From: Octopus bimaculoides
Taxonomy: Eukaryota
NCBI RefSeq assembly: GCF_001194135.2
Contig: NC_068982.1
Coordinates: forward strand, 98,271,418 to 98,311,528
DNA: 40,111 bases
Direction of reading: 5' to 3'
Shown here: positions 34,000-40,111 of the stretch, piece by piece
Layout of the letters: the number at the start of each line of letters is the position of its first letter
Numbering within the stretch: position 1 is the first letter of the stretch
Notes under the pieces: model-generated
Seen by the model: only the letters and a program-made list of their open reading frames with translations
Told to the model about the DNA's origin: nothing
The model's database searches: none
Program-made: the position numbers and the translations under genes

Positions 34000-34400
34000 T
34001 ATATGTAGTTAAGAAGCTCGCTCTTGCAACCACGTAGTTTTAGACTCAGTCTTACTGCGCGGCAACTTGGGCAAGTGTTTTCTACTATAGCCCCTCTCCA
34101 GTTAATGTCTTCTGAGTAGATTAGGTAGACGGAGATTGTAAGGAAGACCGTTGCATACACACCAACATAAGTGTGTGTGTGTGTGTGTGTGTGTTTGTGC
34201 TTGTGATTTTCCACCACCTTACTTGGTTTGTTTACGTCCTCGTAAGTGAGCGATTCAGCATAAAGAGCCCGAAAAAATAAGTACTACACATACAAATAAG
34301 TACTGGGATCTATTCATTCGACAAAAACCTTTTAACGCGGTGTTCCATCATGACCGCAGTCCAATGAAGTCTTATGACTGAAGGAAGTAAAAGATAAAAG
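34000..34400 (+). mobile_element. SINE family B, diverged
   Basis: gactcagtcttactgcgcggcaacttgggcaagtgttttctactatagcc...tttacgtcctcgtaag...catgaccgcagtccaatga...gtaaaagataaaaga. Confidence 0.85.
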
Positions 34401-35659
34401 ACACACACACACACACACACACACACGTATATCTGTCTATGTATATATGCATGTATGTATGTATGTATGTATGTATGTATGTATGTATGTATGTATGCAT
34501 GTATGTATGTATGTCTCTCTCTCTCTCTCTCTCTGTATATATATANNNNNNNNNNNNNNNNNNNNNNNNNNNNNNNNNNNNNNNNNNNNNNNNNNNNNNN
34601 NNNNNNNNNNNNNNNNNNNNNNNNNNNNNNNNNNNNNNNNNNNNNNNNNNNNNNNNNNNNNNNNNNNNNNNNNNNNNNNNNNNNNNNNNNNNNNNNNNNN
34701 NNNNNNNNNNNNNNNNNNNNNNNNNNNNNNNNNNNNNNNNNNNNNNNNNNNNNNNNNNNNNNNNNNNNNNNNNNNNNNNNNNNNNNNNNNNNNNNNNNNN
34801 NNNNNNNNNNNNNNNNNNNNNNNNNNNNNNNNNNNNNNNNNNNNNNNNNNNNNNNNNNNNNNNNNNNNNNNNNNNNNNNNNNNNNNNNNNNNNNNNNNNN
34901 NNNNNNNNNNNNNNNNNNNNNNNNNNNNNNNNNNNNNNNNNNNNNNNNNNNNNNNNNNNNNNNNNNNNNNNNNNNNNNNNNNNNNNNNNNNNNNNNNNNN
35001 NNNNNNNNNNNNNNNNNNNNNNNNNNNNNNNNNNNNNNNNNNNNNNNNNNNNNNNNNNNNNNNNNNNNNNNNNNNNNNNNNNNNNNNNNNNNNNNNNNNN
35101 NNNNNNNNNNNNNNNNNNNNNNNNNNNNNNNNNNNNNNNNNNNNNNNNNNNNNNNNNNNNNNNNNNNNNNNNNNNNNNNNNNNNNNNNNNNNNNNNNNNN
35201 NNNNNNNNNNNNNNNNNNNNNNNNNNNNNNNNNNNNNNNNNNNNNNNNNNNNNNNNNNNNNNNNNNNNNNNNNNNNNNNNNNNNNNNNNNNNNNNNNNNN
35301 NNNNNNNNNNNNNNNNNNNNNNNNNNNNNNNNNNNNNNNNNNNNNNNNNNNNNNNNNNNNNNNNNNNNNNNNNNNNNNNACTACTAGATCAGCTTTGAAT
35401 CTAATAGACCCATGATCAAAGGAATCCTAATGTATGTAGGTGTTTACTATGCAATGTATGGCTCCGTTTTTAAGATGATAGTAATTTGGGAGAGATTTGG
35501 TTGTTATTTCTAAAAGGTCGAGCGATCATGTTTTTGTTAGTTAAGAAACATCAAAAAAAAAAACACATGCTGAGCATCACTTGTATTAAAGCTGAGGCGG
35601 GGGGGGGGAAGGGTCTGTAAAGGTCATAGGCAGGTTGCTTCTCTCCAAACGAAGAAGGT

Positions 35660-35660
35660 C

Positions 35661-35695
<35 letters not shown>

Positions 35696-35935
35696 CCATG
35701 ATAACAATAACCAGGGGCGCAAACAGTCATAAGAACGACAATAACAATCACGATAGGCAACTGCAACTGCAACAGCAACAGCATTTACAACACCAACAGC
35801 GTCAACAATCACAACAGCAACAACTACAGTTAGAACAACAACAAATAAAGTGACAACAACGACTATATCAACAAATGAGCAGCGATAAGGATAATTAATA
35901 ACTACAACAACAATGATTAGAATAATAACAATTAT
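35660..35935. repeat. (CAA)-rich trinucleotide tract
   Basis: Poly-Q and poly-T ORFs arise from caa/aca runs; similar tracts at 36615-36840 and 39500-40111. Confidence 0.92.
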
Positions 35936-36174
35936 AATTTTATAAGTCAACGTGGGCGGCATTATGCGGTGGTTATATCTACTAGAAATAGCAGCTATTG
36001 TCTTATATAAGTATAGCAGACATTAGGGTGTTGTCCTCATATATGACACACGACGGAATGCCATCTTAGGTCAACTTGATCAGGATTGACCTGGAGCGAG
36101 ATAACATCAGTCCAATCATCATCATCATCATCATCATCATCAGCTACTAATATTACTGCTATGCAGTGGGATTG

Positions 36175-36546
36175 TGGAGGTGCAATGGCCCAGTGGTTAG
36201 GGCAGCGGACTCGCGGTTTCGATTTCGAGACCGGGCGTTGTAAGTGTTTATTGAGCGAAAACACCTAAAGCCCAACAAGGCTCCGGAAGGGGATGGTGGC
36301 GAACCCTGCTGTACTCTTTCACCACAACTTTCTCTCACTCTTACTTCCTGTTTCTGTTGTGCCTGTATTTCAAAGGGCCAGCCTTGTCACACTCTGTGTC
36401 ACGCTGAATATCCCCGAGAACTTCGTTAAGGGTACACGTGTCTGTGGAGTGCTCAACCACTTGCACGTTAATTTCACGAGCAGGCTGTTCCGTTGATCGG
36501 ATCAACTGGAACCCTCTATGTCGTAAGCGACGGAGTGCCAACAACA
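36175..36546 (+). mobile_element. SINE family C, full length with 12-bp TSD, inserted into a family B head
   Basis: TSD gcagtgggattg at 36163-36174 and 36547-36558. The right flank 36547-36610 is a minus-strand family B head. Confidence 0.95.
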
Positions 36547-36989
36547 GCAGTGGGATTGAACCCAGAACCATCTGGTTGGGAAGCATGCTTATTACCACAC
36601 AGCCACGCCCACAACGACAATGATACTAACAATAACATCAACATAAACATCATTAACAGTAAGGACAGTGCTCGCAGTAAAATCATATGCCAAACCAGCG
36701 CAGCAGCAGTAGCAACAACAACGACAAGAACAACAGCTGCCAAACTAGCAGCAATACGAACAACAGTACCAAAGACAACAACTACAATAAATGTAAACAA
36801 AAAGATAACAACAACAACAACAACAACAACAACAAAAACACAGACCGGTCAACGGCGAAGCCTCTATATGTTTACTTGACCTCCCAGAAATAATAGGCAA
36901 ATCACTCTCAATCACCACATTTTCCTTAAAATCACATGGATAATGTGATACAAGTTTACAATGAGATGGTCAAGGTTGGAACATATTTT

Positions 36990-37199
36990 CTTTTCTGCTC
37001 AAGGCACAAGGCCCGAAATTTTTTTGGGGAAGGGCTCCAGTCGATTAGATCGACCCCAGTACGCAACTAGTACTTAATTTATCGACCCCGAAAGGATGAA
37101 AGGCACCTCGGCGGAATTTGAACTCAGAACGTAAAGACGGACGAAATACTGTTAAGCATTTCGCCCGGCGTGCTAACGTTTCTGCCAGCTCGCCACCTT
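36990..37199 (-). mobile_element. SINE family A, well preserved
   Basis: ggcacaaggcccgaaatt...gtcgattagatcgaccccagtacgcaactagtac...gaatttgaactcagaacg...tttctgccagctcgccacctt. Confidence 0.95.
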
Positions 37200-37339
37200 A
37201 TGGGTGGAACATATTCATTAATAGGTTTGGGTAATCCTCGCAACGACGGAAACAACAAAGGCGCAGAGTAGTAGCAGTAGCAGTAGTATAAAAATATCAA
37301 GCAGCATCGATAACATTAATAGTAGTAACAACAATATTA

Positions 37340-37900
37340 AGGAAGTCTACGAGGATAGCCTAGAGGACTCCCTTGTGGAGGACTTTCAGGCCAGAAATTG
37401 TGGATGGCCGAGTTGGAAGCGCTAGCAACAGAACCTGCTCGTGACATGCGCAGATTGATGAAACGGTCCGAAATGTAATCGTTCTGTGTCCGCGTACTGC
37501 TTATTTGTATGAATTCATTGGGTTTACGGCGAACATCTGTTATTCAGGGGGGCGGATCTGATTTTCAGCCGAGCCTACCGGGAAGATAGACCCACCGTCT
37601 TCCTTCGACAACGAAAATTGAAAAAGAAAAGAGAATCTGTTATTCTCTTGTGGCTATTGCGAAGAAAGTTGTGTAGTGAACATTGTTGAAAAGCTTGGGG
37701 TCAGAGCATTTTCTTTGAGACCAACCCCTCATCGATTTCTTCGATTACAATTTCGCTAATGGACGAACACGTAGAATTCAACGTAGGTAGTAGTGGTCGA
37801 AGACTTCGGGTTTTCAGAAATCTTCAGTTCTCGATGGTTAGGATTCGTACTCATAGGAGAAGGATGGCCCGGATGAGCATTTACAAAAAGAGAGAAAAAA
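37340..37900 (+). mobile_element. Second, more decayed L1/Tx1-clade LINE ORF2 3' fragment
   Basis: RTCS*HAQIDETVRNVIVLCP (decayed CCHC knuckle); GGRI*FSAEPTGKIDPPSSF; LVAIAKKVV**TLLKSLGSEHFL*DQPLIDFF; RMARM. Collinear with 20983-21300. Confidence 0.72.
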
Positions 37901-38269
37901 AAAACACTTTCGTGCGAATTCTGATCTCTGGTTGCGATCAAAGGCGGCCACGAAGGTGAAGGAACGTGAGATGAGCGCTGTTGATGAGTAGGTCAATCTC
38001 ATCCTTTCCCTACCCGGTTGCCGGGGGTGAGAGTAGCGAAATAGGAGTGGATAAACGGGCTACTCTAAATATATAGATCTACATTATAGATTAGTTATTA
38101 GAACTGGTAGAAGGTACTTGCCTTCGGTGTGTCAGAGTAATCTCGAGTTGTGTGCGGGGTTCCACCAATCATAGTGTTGCTGCTCTTCTTTTGAGCTGGC
38201 TTTCATATTGTTTCTTATCCTGTAGTTCTCTGCTGTCATTGCTATTTATTCTGTTATTAAGGTATCTTT

Positions 38270-38980
38270 TATCTTTTATCTTGTAGCTATTTCATTATTT
38301 GACTGCGGCCATGTTGGGCACCGTCTTTAAAGGTTTAAATGAACAAATCGACCCCAATACTAACGTTTTAAGAATAAATTGCAGAAACCGGCGTCTTTTG
38401 CCGAACAGTACATATTGTTATTGTTGATCTCACCTCTAGAGGGCAACGGACTGACAGCTTTGAACGTCGGACAAAATGTTTTGCGATATTTCTACCGGCT
38501 CTTTACATTTTGTGTTTTAATGTCGTAGAGGTTAACTTTTGCATTTCATTCTTTCGGGGGTTGAGGGTCAATAAAATGAAGTACCAATCAAGCACTGTGG
38601 GCGATATAATCGACTTGCCAAACTCCCGCCAAAATTGCTGGCCTTGTGCTAAAATTAGAATTATTGATCTCACTTTTAGAAGGCGATGGATTGGAAGAGC
38701 TGTTAGAAGATCAGACAAAATGCTTTGCGACATTTCTTCTCTCTCTTAACGTTCTGAGTTCAAATTTCAGGTATGAAATAAAGTACCAGTTAAGTACAAA
38801 GAGGCATTTAAATCAACTAATCTCCTTCCCTCCCAAGTGCCTAAACTGAAAATACAATGGCAAACTGGTAGTGGTGATTGTGCATCTTACGATGTATGTT
38901 CCGTCTGAGTTCAAAACCAGGTGAGGTCATATTTGTCTTCATTCTTGCAGGATCGATAAAAATAAAAAGTACCAGTCAAG
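38270..38980. mobile_element. Cluster of degenerate SINEs (family B tail minus at about 38270-38400; family A plus at about 38440-38668, 38675-38830 and 38860-38980)
   Basis: gactgcggccatgttgggcaccg; aataaaatgaagtaccaatcaagcactg; gttctgagttcaaatttc; gtctgagttcaaaaccaggtgaggtc...aagtaccagtcaag. Confidence 0.75.
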
Positions 38981-38989
38981 TGTGAAATG

Positions 38990-39250
38990 TGGATGCACGT
39001 GGCTTAGTGGTTAAGGTGCTGGACTCATGATCGTATGATTACGGTTTCGATTCCTGGACCGAGCGATGTATTGTGTTCTTCAGCAAAACACTTCATTTCA
39101 CATTACTCCAGTCCACACAGCTGGCTAAAAGGAGTAATCCTGTGACGGACCAGCGTCCTGTCAAGGTAGGGAAAATATATACGCCGGGAAACCGCCCCCG
39201 GGAAACCGTTCCCTATTAGTCAGTATGACTCGGTAAGGATCTTCATCCTA
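38990..39250 (+). mobile_element. tRNA-derived SINE family D with a MetaSINE-like central domain
   Basis: Head ggatgcacgtggcttagtggttaaggtgctggactcatgatcg..ggtttcgattcctggacc (A/B-box-like). The core aatcctgtgacggaccagcgtcctgtcaagg..atatacgccgggaaacc resembles the Meta domain as I recall it. Confidence 0.75.
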
Positions 39251-39499
39251 CGAAGGTTGATGGCATCCACTAACGTCCTTCTCATCAAATTGGTCACCTT
39301 GTGCTAAATTAGAAGTCATTAATGATCTGACCTTTTCACTCAATGAAAATGCCACAGTTTCTTATCTGTTGCTTTGTATTGATTCCAACATGCTGGAGAC
39401 AAGTTCGATCCATGTTGGACACATGTGACCAATAACAGAAATTGTTAGTAAAAACACATTAGTATATGCAACGGCAATGTAAATACCAGAAACCACAAC

Positions 39500-39551
<52 letters not shown>

Positions 39552-40111
39552 ATGGTGTGGCGGTTGTAGTGGTGGTCGCCATAGTGATAGATGTAGAGCA
39601 TTCATAGTAATAAAAGGTCTTCTTCTTCTTCTTCGTCTTCTTCTTCTTCTTCTTCTTCTTCTTCTTCTTCTTCGCTTTGTCTACAATAATAGAAATGTTC
39701 ACAACAATCACAGTAAACAATAACAGAAACAACTGTAACAGCAGCAGCAGCTGCTGCAATAACAGCACCACCACCACCACCACCACTACCACCACTACCA
39801 ATAACAACAACAACAGCAACAATAACAATAGCCGCAGACAACAACAGTAGAACTACAACACTAGCCACAACAACAACCAAGATACAACGACGCTACCACC
39901 TCCGACAGCAGCAACAACAACAACAACAACACCAACCAAGTGTACTATAACAATACTAATGTTTGCAATAACGACAACAGAACCGATAAAAGCATCGTCA
40001 AACAACAACAATTATATCGAAAATACATCGTTATCAAGACAGCGACTATCATCGCGACCACCACCAACATCACCACCACCCCCCAACAACAACACCACCA
40101 CCAATATCACC

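Noticed and set aside
36175-36250. tRNA genes at SINE heads (also about 6960-7032, 24995-25067 and 38990-39060)
   Set aside because: A/B-box-like heads continue into SINE bodies and tails, with TSDs in the complete copies, and no complete cloverleaf is evident.

Overview
Eukaryotic, AT-rich, gap-ridden (12 N-runs, about 5 kb) non-coding DNA. The SINE families, LINE mix and very dense microsatellites look like an Octopus genome (recognised from memory, not database-confirmed). I found no intact multi-exon protein-coding gene, and nearly all long ORFs in the track are artefacts of N-runs or simple repeats. The window is a fossil bed of mobile elements. It holds many tRNA-derived SINEs (at least 4 families) and decayed LINE fragments of four clades: R4/Dong-like x2, Hero-like RLE, RTE x2 and L1/Tx1 x2. 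It also holds a mariner 3' end, a decayed hAT transposase split by the Hero-like LINE, three non-autonomous hAT-type elements with TIRs (two with 8-bp TSDs), and a Helitron-like element next to or carrying telomere-like repeats. The best non-TE signal is a unique island at about 14.5-14.8 kb. It contains a minus-strand hairpin with canonical pre-miRNA geometry (basal UG at -14, CNNC at +17), a perfect double-octamer palindrome and splice-site-like motifs. A plus-strand 32-nt candidate micro-exon lies at 13029-13060.
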